A DNA stretch of 61,771 bases, filler included, from 6 parts of 6 records of this genome joined end to end with filler, not necessarily neighbours in it; one strand, 5' to 3'. Numbered from the whole stretch's first letter, positions 18,731 through 29,742 are shown. Notes: generated from the sequence alone by a model not told the origin. A program made the numbers and translations.

Positions 18731-19885
18731 TCAGCGAAACACCAGTGGCAGGTAGTTAAATCCACCCGTGGGAAACATCGCCCGCTCAGGCTGTTCGCCA
18801 TCAGCCTGCTCGATAGCTTCGATCTGCTTCAGCAACTCCTCCATGAAGATCCTGAGTTCCATTCGTGCAAGGGGGGCGCCGGGACAGACATGGATGCCGG
18901 CGCCATAGAGCAGGTTCCTGGCTGCGTTCTGACGTGGGCAGAACTGATCCGGGTTGCCGAAAGCGACTTCGTCCCGGTTGGCGGATGCCCAAAGAAGGGT
19001 GATTTTCGCGCCGGCGGGAATGGTTCTGCCGTCTATTTTGACCTCTCGGGTGGTTAATCGGCGATTGGAAATGAGTGGGGCGTCCATTCGCAGGATTTCG
19101 TCAATAGCATCGGAGAGCTGCTCCGGGGCGGCCTTAAGGTCATTAAGAAGCTCGGGATGATGGGCCAGATAGTGGGTCAGTATGGAAATGCTGGCTGAAA
19201 TGGTGGCCAGTTCTCCGACTGTCCAGTTGCGCAAGAGACTGACCAGCTCTTCGTCGGTCATGGGTTGGCCATCGATTTGCTCGCGCATTAGTCGGGTGGT
19301 GACATCATCTGGTGCGGGCTCCCGGGTCCGGCGCCGTGAGTTCAGAAGGTCGCGGATGTACCCGTCAAATTCTTCAGCAACGTCGGCCATGGCGGAACGG
19401 TCGCGGGCCAGGGTTGCTCGGTGATTCTTCATCACCCACTCGGCCAGCGGTTGATGCAGGCTATCCGGCCAGCCCATAAACGCGCACTGAATCTGTAGTG
19501 CAAAGGGGCGGCTTAGAGTGTTGACCACATCCAGCGGCTTGTTTTTGTTCAGGGATTGCACCAGCGCCCGGGCCACATCCCGGCATACCGGTTCAAAGCG
19601 TGCCATGGGCTCGGGGGCAAAATAGGGTTCGATGGCCTTGCGGTAAGGGGTGTGTTCCGGCGGGTCCATGCCATTCGGTACGGACAGGTGCGCGGAGACG
19701 GCGTTACTGAAGGTGTGATGATCCTCCAGTGCCCGCATGACATCGGCATGGCGAAACAACGTCCACTGCTGGTAATCACTCCAGGCTACCGGGCATTCCT
19801 TGCGCATGGCATCGTAGGAGCGGATCTGGTCCGTCTGAACCTCGGCTGATCTGGGATCCCAGTCTTCGTGGTGCTGCTCTGCCAT
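18731..19885 (-). CDS. Cytochrome P450
   Basis: MDPPEH, EILR (ExxR), SANRD and the heme motif YGAGIHVCPG. ATG 19885 follows AGGAGG. Confidence 0.95.
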   Translation of the reverse strand: MAEQHHEDWDPRSAEVQTDQIRSYDAMRKECPVAWSDYQQWTLFRHADVMRALEDHHTFSNAVSAHLSVPNGMDPPEHTPYRKAIEPYFAPEPMARFEPVCRDVARALVQSLNKNKPLDVVNTLSRPFALQIQCAFMGWPDSLHQPLAEWVMKNHRATLARDRSAMADVAEEFDGYIRDLLNSRRRTREPAPDDVTTRLMREQIDGQPMTDEELVSLLRNWTVGELATISASISILTHYLAHHPELLNDLKAAPEQLSDAIDEILRMDAPLISNRRLTTREVKIDGRTIPAGAKITLLWASANRDEVAFGNPDQFCPRQNAARNLLYGAGIHVCPGAPLARMELRIFMEELLKQIEAIEQADGEQPERAMFPTGGFNYLPLVFR

Positions 19886-19987
19886 ACGGCCTCCTGATCT
19901 GTCGGTTAGCATTGATGAAATGCTACCACCGGAGGCCGTTCTGCCTTTGGAGAAATATCAAGTCCTGATATTTGTAAAGGAAAGTGC

Positions 19988-20374
19988 TTAAGGGTTTCGG
20001 GTAACACCGATCACTTTCAGGTGGATGGGCTTGCGGCCTTTCATGGGCCATTCGATGCTGCTGCCAATGCTCAGCCCCAGCATGGCGGCACCGGCCGGTG
20101 CCAGTATCGAGACTTTGTGATCGGCGTCGCCTACTTCATGGGGGTATACCAACGCCACTTCGTGCTCCTCGCCGGTGTCTTCGTTCAGGAAGCGCACTCG
20201 TGAGTTCATGGTCACCACGCCCTCTGGCATGTCGGCCAGTGGCTTCATATCGGCACGGCTAAGTTCGTCTTCAAGACCATCGGCCACATCAGACTGGCCG
20301 GCGACCCGCTCAAGCAAGGTGCTGAGACGGTTATAATCTTCTTCTGCAACAGTGATAGGTGGCAATTCAGCCAT
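19988..20374 (-). CDS. rnk: Regulator of nucleoside diphosphate kinase (GreA/GreB family)
   Basis: LEDELSRA, VVTMNSRV, LVYP, SILAPAGAAMLGL and IEWP. Confidence 0.92.
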   Translation of the reverse strand: MAELPPITVAEEDYNRLSTLLERVAGQSDVADGLEDELSRADMKPLADMPEGVVTMNSRVRFLNEDTGEEHEVALVYPHEVGDADHKVSILAPAGAAMLGLSIGSSIEWPMKGRKPIHLKVIGVTRNP

Positions 20375-20682
20375 AGGAATCTCCAGGTAAACAATCGATT
20401 GTTGGTTAGGCGCTGAATCCGGACGGGGAAGAGAGTGGATTCAGCGAAATCAGAGGCGGATTGCAGCCCTGCCGGTGTTCCCGAAGGAAGACCGCAGTGC
20501 CGGAGATATCGTGTAATTGCCTGAACGCAGAATGTTCACGGAAATTGCACTTCGCCTTTAGAGTTGAAGAAGCTCTGAATCTAACCCCGGGTGAGCAAAA
20601 TGGCAACTGCGAACTTGCCGAAGATCTGTGCTAGTGTCTTGCACCTGTGAACGGGCTGGTGTCTGGTAGTCGGGAGGTGGTG

Positions 20683-21501
20683 ATGCCAATGGTGGTTCAG
20701 GCTTTGATTCCTGTCTTCGTGCTGATCATGTTGGGCCATGGCTTGCGCCGCGTGGACTTTCCCGGAGGTGATTTCTGGCCCCGTGCAGAGCGCTTCACCT
20801 ATTACGTGCTGTTTCCTGCCATGCTGGTGTTCAAGCTTGGGCAGGCCCGGCTGCCTCCTTCCGCCTACGGTGATACGGCGATGCTGATTATCGCCATGCT
20901 GCTGGCGATGACGCTGGTGCTGGTGGCTGCACAGTGGCTCTGGGGCTGGTCTGGTCCGGTGTTTTCATCGGCATACCAGGGTGCGATTCGTTTCAATTCC
21001 TACGTGGGTCTGGCCGCGGGTGGCATGCTCCTGGGGGATGATGGGCTCTCGCTCACGGCTATCGCCGTGGCCATTATGGTGCCGTTGTTGAACCTGCTGT
21101 GTATTCTGATGTTCGCTCTGGTAGCAGGGCGAGAGCAAATCAATCTGGCGGCGGTGATTCGGGCGATTGTCACCAACCCGTTGATCGTCGGTTCGGTCAT
21201 TGGCGTGCTCTGGAGCTATTTTCAGGTAGGGTTTCATCCCTTGCTGGCGGGCATACTGGAGCCGTTGAGTAATCTGGCGCTGCCGATGGGGCTGATGTGC
21301 GTGGGGGCTGGTTTGCAGCTCAGTGCCCTGCGTGGCGGTTCGGTTCCGTTTATTGTCTCCTCGGCTCTTAAACTGGTGGCGTTTCCACTGATGACCGCAG
21401 GCCTGGCCTGGATGCTCGGGCTGGAGGGGCTGCTGGTGCAAGTGGCGGTGCTGTTGGCGGCCTTGCCTACTGCCACGTCGGCCTACATTCTGGCGCGCCA
21501 G
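20683..21501 (+). CDS. AEC family transporter, 3'-truncated
   Basis: YYVLFPA, RFNSYVGL, NPLI and PTATSAYILARQ. Confidence 0.9.
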
Positions 21502-21601
21502 NNNNNNNNNNNNNNNNNNNNNNNNNNNNNNNNNNNNNNNNNNNNTTAATTAATTAANNNNNNNNNNNNNNNNNNNNNNNNNNNNNNNNNNNNNNNNNNN
21601 N
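21502..21601. other. Artificial contig spacer
   Basis: N-run, TTAATTAATTAA, N-run. Confidence 0.99.
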
Positions 21602-21850
21602 ACCGATCCAGTGGTTGATCCGATTGTGGATCCTATCCTTGATCCTGTGACGGATGCCACTGATCCTCTGTTGGAGCCAATTCTCGACCCCATCATCGGC
21701 GGTGGCGGTTTGTTGTCTGGTTTAACCAGTTCTCCAAGCGAGTCCGATTCAGGCTTGCTGGATTCACTAAGCAGTGGGATTTCCTCAAGCGCAGGCGCTG
21801 AAGGTGGGGCCTTGGATGGCCTACTGGGTTCCCTGGACCAAACCAAATAA
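21602..21850 (+). CDS. C-terminal fragment of an acidic DPxx-repeat protein (5'-truncated)
   Basis: TDPVVDPIVDPILDPVTDATDPLLEPILDPIIGGGG, then a Ser/Gly/Leu-rich tail; a hairpin follows the stop. Confidence 0.75.
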   Translation, partial: TDPVVDPIVDPILDPVTDATDPLLEPILDPIIGGGGLLSGLTSSPSESDSGLLDSLSSGISSSAGAEGGALDGLLGSLDQTK

Positions 21851-21883
21851 AACTCACCCCCTTTTTTGATAGGGGGGTGGTTT
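21851..21883 (+). terminator. Hairpin, likely terminator
   Basis: caccccct...aggggggtg stem followed by gttt. Confidence 0.55.
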
Positions 21884-21944
21884 GAATCCAATTTGAGTGG
21901 CCTATCGTATAAAATGGTAATACGTCACGAAAAAAATTGGGTTT

Positions 21945-22778
21945 ATGTCAAATTCCGTCATTCAATTGTCAGTGCAGACTGATCACAGCTACTCTGCTGG
22001 TGAGCTGCTCGACCCTGTGAGCAGGGCGACAATCGAGTTCTTTGACAGCTATGAGCCACATTCTGGTTCATCAAAAATTTCTTTTTCGTCCTTTGACGGT
22101 CTCGATCCCAAAGAATTTTCTGGCGCGACCTCACTGGGCTTTGGTGAATTGCGCTGCATTTCCCAAGCCTGCGTCAGTGATGTCAGCGTTTTCGAGAGTT
22201 CTTCGAGCCTTGCCAATGTTGATCCGGCATTGCTTGCCAACGCAGACTCTGCAGGAATTCTGAATACCATGAATGAACAAGTCTCGTTTGAAGCCTTGAA
22301 TTCAGAGCTTTTGAGTGCCATGCCCCGGGTCAAGCACGCTCTGGGCGGAGAACTCAGCTACTCCGAGTTGACTCAGCTGATTGCCGATATTCAAGCCCAG
22401 GTGCTCGATTTGAACGCCTTGAGTCAGGATGTGTTTGGCGAGCTTTCAGGTGAAGTCAACCACGCTGTCTCTGAAGTCGCTGAGTTCGACACCGATTCAT
22501 TGCTTGCCTCGATGCAGATTGATTCGGGCCTGTTTGCGCAGCCTGAATTGGCGGGCAACGCTCATTTGCTGGCCTATGCAGCGACGCTGGACGGTTTGTT
22601 TACCTCTCCGGAAGCGTTCCCCTTGACGCTGGATTTCTCCAATCCAAACAGCATTCAGGAAGCCTCTGAACTTTTTGCCTCCGCTGGCGGCACCTCTTCA
22701 ATCAGTTCTACAGCCTCCAATTCCGATTTGGACAGCGGTTTGTCCTCAGGTGCAACCGGTTCGAACGATCTGAGCTGA
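21945..22778 (+). CDS. Hypothetical protein, acidic and Ser-rich
   Basis: 277-aa ORF with very few Lys/Arg residues and no recognised motif. Confidence 0.7.
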   Translation: MSNSVIQLSVQTDHSYSAGELLDPVSRATIEFFDSYEPHSGSSKISFSSFDGLDPKEFSGATSLGFGELRCISQACVSDVSVFESSSSLANVDPALLANADSAGILNTMNEQVSFEALNSELLSAMPRVKHALGGELSYSELTQLIADIQAQVLDLNALSQDVFGELSGEVNHAVSEVAEFDTDSLLASMQIDSGLFAQPELAGNAHLLAYAATLDGLFTSPEAFPLTLDFSNPNSIQEASELFASAGGTSSISSTASNSDLDSGLSSGATGSNDLS

Positions 22779-22824
22779 CTTCATACCGAGTTGTAGCCCA
22801 CCCGGTTCATGGTTTGGGTGGTCA

Positions 22825-23877
22825 TCACACCCGATCAAACGTAATGACGTGGTCGAGTTCAAGTTTGATTCCGATCGGCTCGCCAATGGCATGATTGTGA
22901 TGGCTTGGTACCAAGGCCAGCACGTGTACACCACTTTCCAGTTCAAGTGTGTACAAGAAATCCGCGCCGCGAAACGACTTCCTCACCACCTTGGCCTGCA
23001 TCGGGCTGGCATCGTCGTGAATAATGTCGTCAGGGCGAATCAGCACATCAAATTCATTGCTTGCTGGCAATTGATCTTCCGTCAGCCGCAGGTGGGCCAA
23101 TTCAATTTGTAAACCTTGCTCGGTTTTTTTGCCCGGCAGAAACACGCCTTGACCAATAAAGTCGGCCACCATCCGTGAATTCGGCTGATGATAAAGGCTG
23201 TAGGATGAACCCCATTGCTGTAACTCGCCAGCGTGCATCACCCCAATTCGGTCAGCCATGCTGAATGCTTCATGTTGATCGTGGGTGACCAAAATGGCAC
23301 TCATGTTTTCGGCTTTTAAGATTTCCCGAACTTCAAAGGTGAGCCGCTCTTTCAGTTCAACATCCAGGTTTGAAAAAGGCTCATCGAGCAGAATCAGCGT
23401 GGGTTTGGGGGCCAATGCACGCGCCAACGCCACGCGTTGTTGCTGGCCACCAGACAATTCATGTGGGTATCGGTCGGCCAAGGCTTCAAGTCCAATCAGC
23501 GCCAATAACTCGCCGCTGCGGTTGCGTTTTTCATGTTCACTGCGCTTGTGCAATCCAAACTCAATGTTTTTTCGAACAGTGAGGTGGGGGAACAGGGCAT
23601 AGTCTTGAAAAACCACACCGACATTGCGGTTCTCAGGGCTGCGTACCTTGCCCGGTTCGCTGGCTTTTTCACCTTTGAGCAAAATATGGCCCTGTGTGGG
23701 CATGAGAAAACCTGCGATTGCACGCAACAAGGTGGTTTTGCCACAGCCAGAAGGACCGAGCAAGCAGGCGATTTCCCCCTGCGCCAATTCAAAACTGACA
23801 TGACGAACGGCCGGCGTGCTACCGCCTGGATACAGAATACTTAGTTCACGAATGCTTAGGGCAGGGGCTTGTTTCAT
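22825..23877 (-). CDS. ABC transporter ATP-binding protein (Fe3+/FbpC-like)
   Basis: GPSGCGKT, VFQDYALFPH, LSGGQQQ, LLDEPFS and a C-terminal TOBE-like region. Confidence 0.93.
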   Translation of the reverse strand: MKQAPALSIRELSILYPGGSTPAVRHVSFELAQGEIACLLGPSGCGKTTLLRAIAGFLMPTQGHILLKGEKASEPGKVRSPENRNVGVVFQDYALFPHLTVRKNIEFGLHKRSEHEKRNRSGELLALIGLEALADRYPHELSGGQQQRVALARALAPKPTLILLDEPFSNLDVELKERLTFEVREILKAENMSAILVTHDQHEAFSMADRIGVMHAGELQQWGSSYSLYHQPNSRMVADFIGQGVFLPGKKTEQGLQIELAHLRLTEDQLPASNEFDVLIRPDDIIHDDASPMQAKVVRKSFRGADFLYTLELESGVHVLALVPSHHNHAIGEPIGIKLELDHVITFDRV

Positions 23878-23933
23878 TTTTTCGGTGGCACCGTGGTCTG
23901 TTTACTACGCAGTTCACCTTTGCTTGAGGTGAG

Positions 23934-25616
23934 TTGCATGAACTTAAAGTAAAATCGTTCTCACTTCTATTTTGCCATGTCTGGGCGGTTTGTTTGTTTA
24001 CTCTGGGGTTAAGAAGTCGCATTTCTGTTGCGCTGCTGGCTTTGTTGCTGTTGATGCCGTTCGTCTATCTGTTTGGGCTGGCAGGGGTAAGCCTCGTGCA
24101 GGCCCCTCAAGTGTTGACCCATCTGGCGAGTACCATTCTTCCTGACCTGGTTTGGCAAACGGTTTACCTGTGTTTTGGTGTGGTGGTGTTGACCAGTACC
24201 ATGGGAGTGCTGCCAGCCTGGTGGGTCTCAGCGCATGAATTTCCGGGGCGCAGGTGGCTTGAGTGGCTGTTGTTACTGCCACTGGCCATGCCATCGTACG
24301 TGATTGCTTATGCTTACACCGATGCACTTCAATATTCTGGCTGGCTGGCCAGTGGCTTGCGGGAAATTCTGGGTAACGATTTCCGAATTCCCGAGATTCG
24401 TTCGACTTCAGGTGCAATACTTGTACTTAGCTTTGTGTTGTACCCCTATGTTTACATCATGGCGAGAACCGCATTTTTGGGCCGTAGTCCCTCTATGCTG
24501 GATGCAGCGCGCTCCTTGGGTCACAGTGCCACCAGTGCTTTTCTCAAGGTAGGTTTGCCTGTCGCTCGCCCAGCGTGGGTGGTAGGGCTCACCTTGGTGC
24601 TTATGGAAACTTTGGCGGAGTATGGCGCCTTGTCTTACTTTGGTGTGCGCACCTTCACCACTGCGATATTCAATACCTGGCTCAACCTGGGTGACCGGGA
24701 GAGTGCGGCTTTGTTGGCCGTGATGTTGTTGGTCGTTATGTTGGCCTTGATCGTATTTGAATCCAAGGCACGTGGCCGTGCCCAGTTTTACACGCAGTCT
24801 GGCAAAGGAAGCACCATTGAGCGAAAACGCTTGCGGGGCTTTCAGGCCGGTTGGGTCGTATTTTTATCGGCCATGCCGTTTGTATTGGGTTTTGTGCTGC
24901 CGGTGCTGATTCTATTGGCGCTGGTGGTTGATGTAGATACTTCGATCAATTGGGCGCGCAGTTTTCAGTGGGCTTACCACTCAGCCCTCTTGGGGGGCAT
25001 GGCAGCCCTGGTTGCGGTGGTTCTGGCGGTGTTTTTGGCCTATGTAAAACGACAGGCGCATGTGTGGTGGGTTACCGCAATTTACCGTTTGATTTCTTTG
25101 GGCTATGGAGTGCCGGGTGCAATTCTGGCCATCGCAATTTTGTTGCCACTGGCCACAGTTGATCGTTTCACTTACGACATGGGCTGGCAGGTGCCGGCGT
25201 TAACCGGCAGTGTGCTGGCTTTGGTGTATGCCTACAACGTTCGCTTCACTTCAGCAGCTTTGCAGTCCGTAGATTCGGGTTTGCAGCAAATTACACGACA
25301 CATTGACGAATCGGCCCGAATTTTGGGTCGCACACCTCGCCAAGTCCTTTGGCATGTGCATTTGCCGGTACTGAGAGGGTCTGTGGCCACCGGCATGTTG
25401 TTGGTGATCGTGGATGTGATCAAGGAATTGCCAGCCACTCTGGTGTTGAGGCCTTTCGATTTTGACACCCTGGCAGTTGTTTCTTATCAGTTTGCCTCAG
25501 ACGAACGATTGACTGAGGCGGCAGTGCCAGCGCTGATGATTGTCATGATTGCGCTGGTGCCGATTTTGTTGCTGATTCGTCAGGGCGCGAGGCAGGCAAG
25601 AAGCGGCAAGCAATAA
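23934..25616 (+). CDS. Fe3+ ABC transporter permease (FbpB-like; start uncertain)
   Basis: LPLAMPSYVIAYAY, two EAA-like loops (LDAARSLG, DESARILG) and KELPATL. Confidence 0.92.
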   Translation: MHELKVKSFSLLFCHVWAVCLFTLGLRSRISVALLALLLLMPFVYLFGLAGVSLVQAPQVLTHLASTILPDLVWQTVYLCFGVVVLTSTMGVLPAWWVSAHEFPGRRWLEWLLLLPLAMPSYVIAYAYTDALQYSGWLASGLREILGNDFRIPEIRSTSGAILVLSFVLYPYVYIMARTAFLGRSPSMLDAARSLGHSATSAFLKVGLPVARPAWVVGLTLVLMETLAEYGALSYFGVRTFTTAIFNTWLNLGDRESAALLAVMLLVVMLALIVFESKARGRAQFYTQSGKGSTIERKRLRGFQAGWVVFLSAMPFVLGFVLPVLILLALVVDVDTSINWARSFQWAYHSALLGGMAALVAVVLAVFLAYVKRQAHVWWVTAIYRLISLGYGVPGAILAIAILLPLATVDRFTYDMGWQVPALTGSVLALVYAYNVRFTSAALQSVDSGLQQITRHIDESARILGRTPRQVLWHVHLPVLRGSVATGMLLVIVDVIKELPATLVLRPFDFDTLAVVSYQFASDERLTEAAVPALMIVMIALVPILLLIRQGARQARSGKQ

Positions 25617-25649
25617 CGCCTGCAGCGAGCAAGCCACGCCATGCGCAAA

Positions 25650-28373
25650 TCACGCCCCTAACAACTCCCGCAATACAAACGGCAGAATACCCCGGTGCTT
25701 GTAATATTCCACCTCGATCGGTGTATCGATGCGACTGAGCACTTTTACATCCTGCATTTCTCCGTTGGCCCGCGTAATTCTCAGCACCAGTTCAGCCTGT
25801 GGTGCAGTGTCTTCGGCCAAACCTATGACATCGAAGGTTTCTGTGCCGTCCAGCCTCAGGCTTTGAATTGAATCGTTACCCAAAAACTGCAATGGCAACA
25901 CGCCCATGCCCACCAGGTTACTGCGGTGAATGCGTTCATAACTTCGGGCAACCACCACCTTCACACCCAGCAGTTGTGTCCCTTTTGCCGCCCAGTCACG
26001 GGAAGATCCAGTTCCATATTCTTCGCCAGCCAATACGATGGTGGGGGTGCCTTGTGCGATGTATTCCATGGCGGCGTCGTACACCGTGGTTTGTTGTCCA
26101 TCTTTGAGAGTAAAGCCACCTTCAATCCGATTTCCATTGGCATCGGGTGGAATCATCAGGTTTTTAACTCGCACATTGGCAAACGTCCCGCGAATCATCA
26201 CATCATGGTTGCCACGCCTTGAGCCATAACTGTTGAAGTCTTTTTGGATCACGCCATGTTCCAGCAAGTATTTTCCTGCAGGGGTGCCTGGTTTGAACGA
26301 GCCTGCTGGCGAAATGTGGTCGGTGGTAACCGAGTCACCAAGAATCAGCAACGGTTTTGCGCCGCGTATCGTTTCGACCTGGGTGGGGAGCATGGCGAAA
26401 TCATCGAAGAAGGGCGGTTTGGCAATGTAGGTGGACTGCGGCCATGGATACACTTGGCCCTCTGGTGCGGGCACGTTGTTCCAAAGGTCGTGCCCTTCGG
26501 TGAAGTTGCTATACAGGCGAACAAAGGTAGGTGCGTCCAGCGCGGTGGGCAGTAATTGATTGACTTCGTCATTACTCGGCCAAATATCCCGCAGGTAAAC
26601 CGGTTTGCCATCGCTGCCGGTGCCAATCGGCTCAGAGGTCATGTCCATGTTGGCTTTGCCGCTGAGCGCGTAGGCAACCACAAGGGGAGGTGAAGCCAGA
26701 AAGTTGGCTTTTAAATTCGGGTGAATACGTGCTTCAAAATTACGGTTACCCGACAACACCGCGCAACCGATTACATCGTTTTTCAAAATCGTGTCGTTGA
26801 TCTCGGGTAGCAAATCACCTGCATTGCCGATACAGGTTGTGCACCCGTATGCAGCTACATTGAATCCAAGTTTGTCCAGGTAGGGTTGCAGACCTGTTTT
26901 TTCCAGGTAATCACTGACCACCCGCGAGCCCGGGCCGAGTGAGGTTTTAATGTGAGGCTGCACCTTCAAACCCTTCTCAACAGCCTTCTTGGCCAATAAA
27001 CCTGCTGCCAGCATCACACCAGGATTGGAGGTGTTGGTGCAGCTGGTAATTGCAGCCAACAATACGTCGCCATGCCCAATCGTGAGCTTATCCAGCCCGG
27101 TGGGGTAGCGTGTGCTCAGCGCAGCTTGGTCTTTGCCAAAACCGTTTGCAGTCATCGGTTCGGAAAACAGGGTGTTGAATTGCTGCTTCATGTTCCTCAG
27201 CAATACGCGATCCTGTGGTCGTTTTGGCCCAGCCAAGGAGGGCTCAACCGAGTCCAGATCGAGCGTGACCACTTCAGAATAGTCAATTGCACCAGGTGCT
27301 GGCATTCCTAGCAAGCCTTGTGCCTCAAAGTACGCCTCAAATCGATCGGCTTCGGCCGCGGTACGGCCAGTTTTGCGCATGAATTCAACTGTTTTTGAAT
27401 CGGGGGGGAAGAAACCCATGGTGGCACCATATTCAGGCGCCATATTAGCCAGTGTGGCGCGGTCGGTCACTGACAAACTTGCTGCACCGGGTCCGTAGAA
27501 TTCAACGAACTTGCCCACCACTTTTTTCTTGCGAAGCAACTCGGTAATGGCCAATACCAAATCAGTGGCAGTGATGCCTTCGCGCAGCGCGTTGGTGAGT
27601 TCAACCCCCACCACATCGGGTGTCAAAAAGTACACAGGCTGCCCCAGCATCCCAGCCTCGGCTTCAATGCCGCCCACGCCCCAGCCTACAACACCCACGC
27701 CGTTGATCATGGTGGTGTGGCTGTCAGTGCCCACCAGTGTATCGGGGTAATAGACTGTGTTGTCGTTCTCTTCGCCCGCTTTCACGGCACTGCGGATGCC
27801 ACGGAACAGGTATTCCAGATTCACTTGGTGAACAATGCCGATGCCGGGTGGCACGACCTTGAATGTGTCAAAGGCCTGCATGCCCCATTTCATGAACTGG
27901 TAGCGCTCGCTATTTCGCTCGAATTCAATTTCCATATTCTTGCGCAGTGAATCGGCCGTGCCAAAGTGGTCAATCATCACCGAATGATCAACCACCAAAT
28001 CCACAGGTACAAGCGGCTCAATTTTCTTGGGATTTTTGCCCATGTCGCTGGCTACATTCCGCATGGCAGCCAGGTCTGCCAGCAACGGAACGCCGGTAAA
28101 GTCTTGAAGTACTACGCGCGCCACGATAAAAGGAATTTCATCAGTTCGTCTGGCTTGAGGTTGCCAATTGGCCAACTGTTGAATATGTTCTTCTGAAACT
28201 TTTTTTCCATCGCAATTGCGCAACACCGATTCAAGCACAATGCGAATCGAGACTGGCAATCGGTGCAGGTTGGGGAATCCCGATTCAGCCAGTTTGGGCA
28301 GGCTGTAAAACTGGCCTTTCTGGCCAGTTTTAGTCGTGAAAGTGCTGAGTGTTGAATGCTTCAGGGTTGACAT
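25650..28373 (-). CDS. acnA: Aconitate hydratase A
   Basis: [34 protein letters not shown] and [10 protein letters not shown]. Confidence 0.98.
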   Translation of the reverse strand: MSTLKHSTLSTFTTKTGQKGQFYSLPKLAESGFPNLHRLPVSIRIVLESVLRNCDGKKVSEEHIQQLANWQPQARRTDEIPFIVARVVLQDFTGVPLLADLAAMRNVASDMGKNPKKIEPLVPVDLVVDHSVMIDHFGTADSLRKNMEIEFERNSERYQFMKWGMQAFDTFKVVPPGIGIVHQVNLEYLFRGIRSAVKAGEENDNTVYYPDTLVGTDSHTTMINGVGVVGWGVGGIEAEAGMLGQPVYFLTPDVVGVELTNALREGITATDLVLAITELLRKKKVVGKFVEFYGPGAASLSVTDRATLANMAPEYGATMGFFPPDSKTVEFMRKTGRTAAEADRFEAYFEAQGLLGMPAPGAIDYSEVVTLDLDSVEPSLAGPKRPQDRVLLRNMKQQFNTLFSEPMTANGFGKDQAALSTRYPTGLDKLTIGHGDVLLAAITSCTNTSNPGVMLAAGLLAKKAVEKGLKVQPHIKTSLGPGSRVVSDYLEKTGLQPYLDKLGFNVAAYGCTTCIGNAGDLLPEINDTILKNDVIGCAVLSGNRNFEARIHPNLKANFLASPPLVVAYALSGKANMDMTSEPIGTGSDGKPVYLRDIWPSNDEVNQLLPTALDAPTFVRLYSNFTEGHDLWNNVPAPEGQVYPWPQSTYIAKPPFFDDFAMLPTQVETIRGAKPLLILGDSVTTDHISPAGSFKPGTPAGKYLLEHGVIQKDFNSYGSRRGNHDVMIRGTFANVRVKNLMIPPDANGNRIEGGFTLKDGQQTTVYDAAMEYIAQGTPTIVLAGEEYGTGSSRDWAAKGTQLLGVKVVVARSYERIHRSNLVGMGVLPLQFLGNDSIQSLRLDGTETFDVIGLAEDTAPQAELVLRITRANGEMQDVKVLSRIDTPIEVEYYKHRGILPFVLRELLGA

Positions 28374-28454
28374 ACCTGTTTCTCCCTTACGTGTGGAGTG
28401 CCGAAGAGAATGTCGGCACCGTATTACAAAATCAAGCGGTGTGTTGGGTACCGT

Positions 28455-29696
28455 TCAATGCAAATGCATGCTGTTTGGCAATTCAGAGTCTTCAGGCAGT
28501 TCGGCATGGAGCAACTCACCTTCAGGGTTGGGGTACAAAGGCGATCCACAATCTTCACAGTACTCCAGGGGGAAGCGCTCTTCCAGTACTTTTATTTGCC
28601 GAATTCCGACTTCTTTCAAAAGAGCTTCAATCTTTGAGCGAATAACCGGGTTGTCGGGTTCGCTTTCAATGTCTTTTTCGTAAACAGGGTCTGGCTCATT
28701 GCCATATTCTTCGCCGATCAATGGCCACACCACACCATGCACAATATCGCTGTTTCCTTCGACGGAAAAACCGATTCGGTATTCTTCGATTTCTCCCCGA
28801 TCTACAAATGCGCCTACGCTGGCATGAATTTTTTGAGTGGGAACATCGAGGGCACTTTCGAGAAAGGCGGCGGACGCTCGCACTGAGTAGGCGCGCGCCT
28901 CTTTTTCAGCCTCGCGGCACGCATTGTAAAGCCCGTTGGGCAACATCAATTCCAGCAAACAGCCGGGCATGATTTTTTGCAGGGCCTGGCCACCAGTAAT
29001 TCGCCAATTGGCCAGTACTTCCTCTTTGCTCAGAAGTGTACCGTTGCTGTGCGCTTCAACCTGCCATTTGAATGCAGGCTGCCCCGCCGGTACTGATATC
29101 GCACCAATCAAGTAACGCACGTCACTCAAAAAGCTTTGTGTTGCGGGCAGGTTCTCTGTGTCGATGCGAACCTTGACCCGGTCGATCGCAGCTTGTCCCA
29201 ATTGGCGAGCCAGTTCTGCTGCTGCGGTGTAACTCTCGGGCAGTTGGTCCGGACTGAACAGCATGTTGGTGAGCACCAGGTGGGCATGATCGGACAGCAC
29301 ATTTTTTTGAAGCAGATTGGTGAATTCAGCGACTGTCGCTTCTTCTATTTTTCCTGAAGGTATGTTGTAGGTGGACCAAGCCAGTACGGGCGCAGCCAAC
29401 AACAGAATGTCTTCTTCTTGACCCAGCTCGGGACTTTCGACGGTGTTTTCAATGGCAAAGGCCAACTCGTCATAGGCGCGGTAGTTGGTGCTGTAAAGGT
29501 GATCAAGGGTTTGCATCAGCGTGGTGTCGCTGCGTCCCTCCAGCATGGGGGCCAGAGCTGCAAACAACTTCTTTTTCCAAAACCGACGCTCAAGCCGGCT
29601 GCCAGCATCCGCCAGCAAAATTGCCAGGTTGGCCAAGGGCTTTGCGTACTTGGACAGTTTGGATCGAGAGGCGGTGTTGAGTGGTTTTCTGCGCAT
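28455..29696 (-). CDS. DUF2863-like protein
   Basis: GSRLERRFW, FSPDQLP, EEYRIGF, GVVWPL and a C-terminal CEDCGSPLYP. Confidence 0.75.
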   Translation of the reverse strand: MRRKPLNTASRSKLSKYAKPLANLAILLADAGSRLERRFWKKKLFAALAPMLEGRSDTTLMQTLDHLYSTNYRAYDELAFAIENTVESPELGQEEDILLLAAPVLAWSTYNIPSGKIEEATVAEFTNLLQKNVLSDHAHLVLTNMLFSPDQLPESYTAAAELARQLGQAAIDRVKVRIDTENLPATQSFLSDVRYLIGAISVPAGQPAFKWQVEAHSNGTLLSKEEVLANWRITGGQALQKIMPGCLLELMLPNGLYNACREAEKEARAYSVRASAAFLESALDVPTQKIHASVGAFVDRGEIEEYRIGFSVEGNSDIVHGVVWPLIGEEYGNEPDPVYEKDIESEPDNPVIRSKIEALLKEVGIRQIKVLEERFPLEYCEDCGSPLYPNPEGELLHAELPEDSELPNSMHLH

Positions 29697-29742
29697 GGGT
29701 GGTCCTTCTTAGGTTCCACCCATTGTAGTACGAGAAGATTGC

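Noticed and set aside
18731-19885. P450 as the cross-linking enzyme for the Y-x-W motif of the GYKWG repeats
   Set aside because: It is on a different contig, probably from a different organism. No modifying enzyme is visible on contig 1, so a cross-linked RiPP is unsupported.
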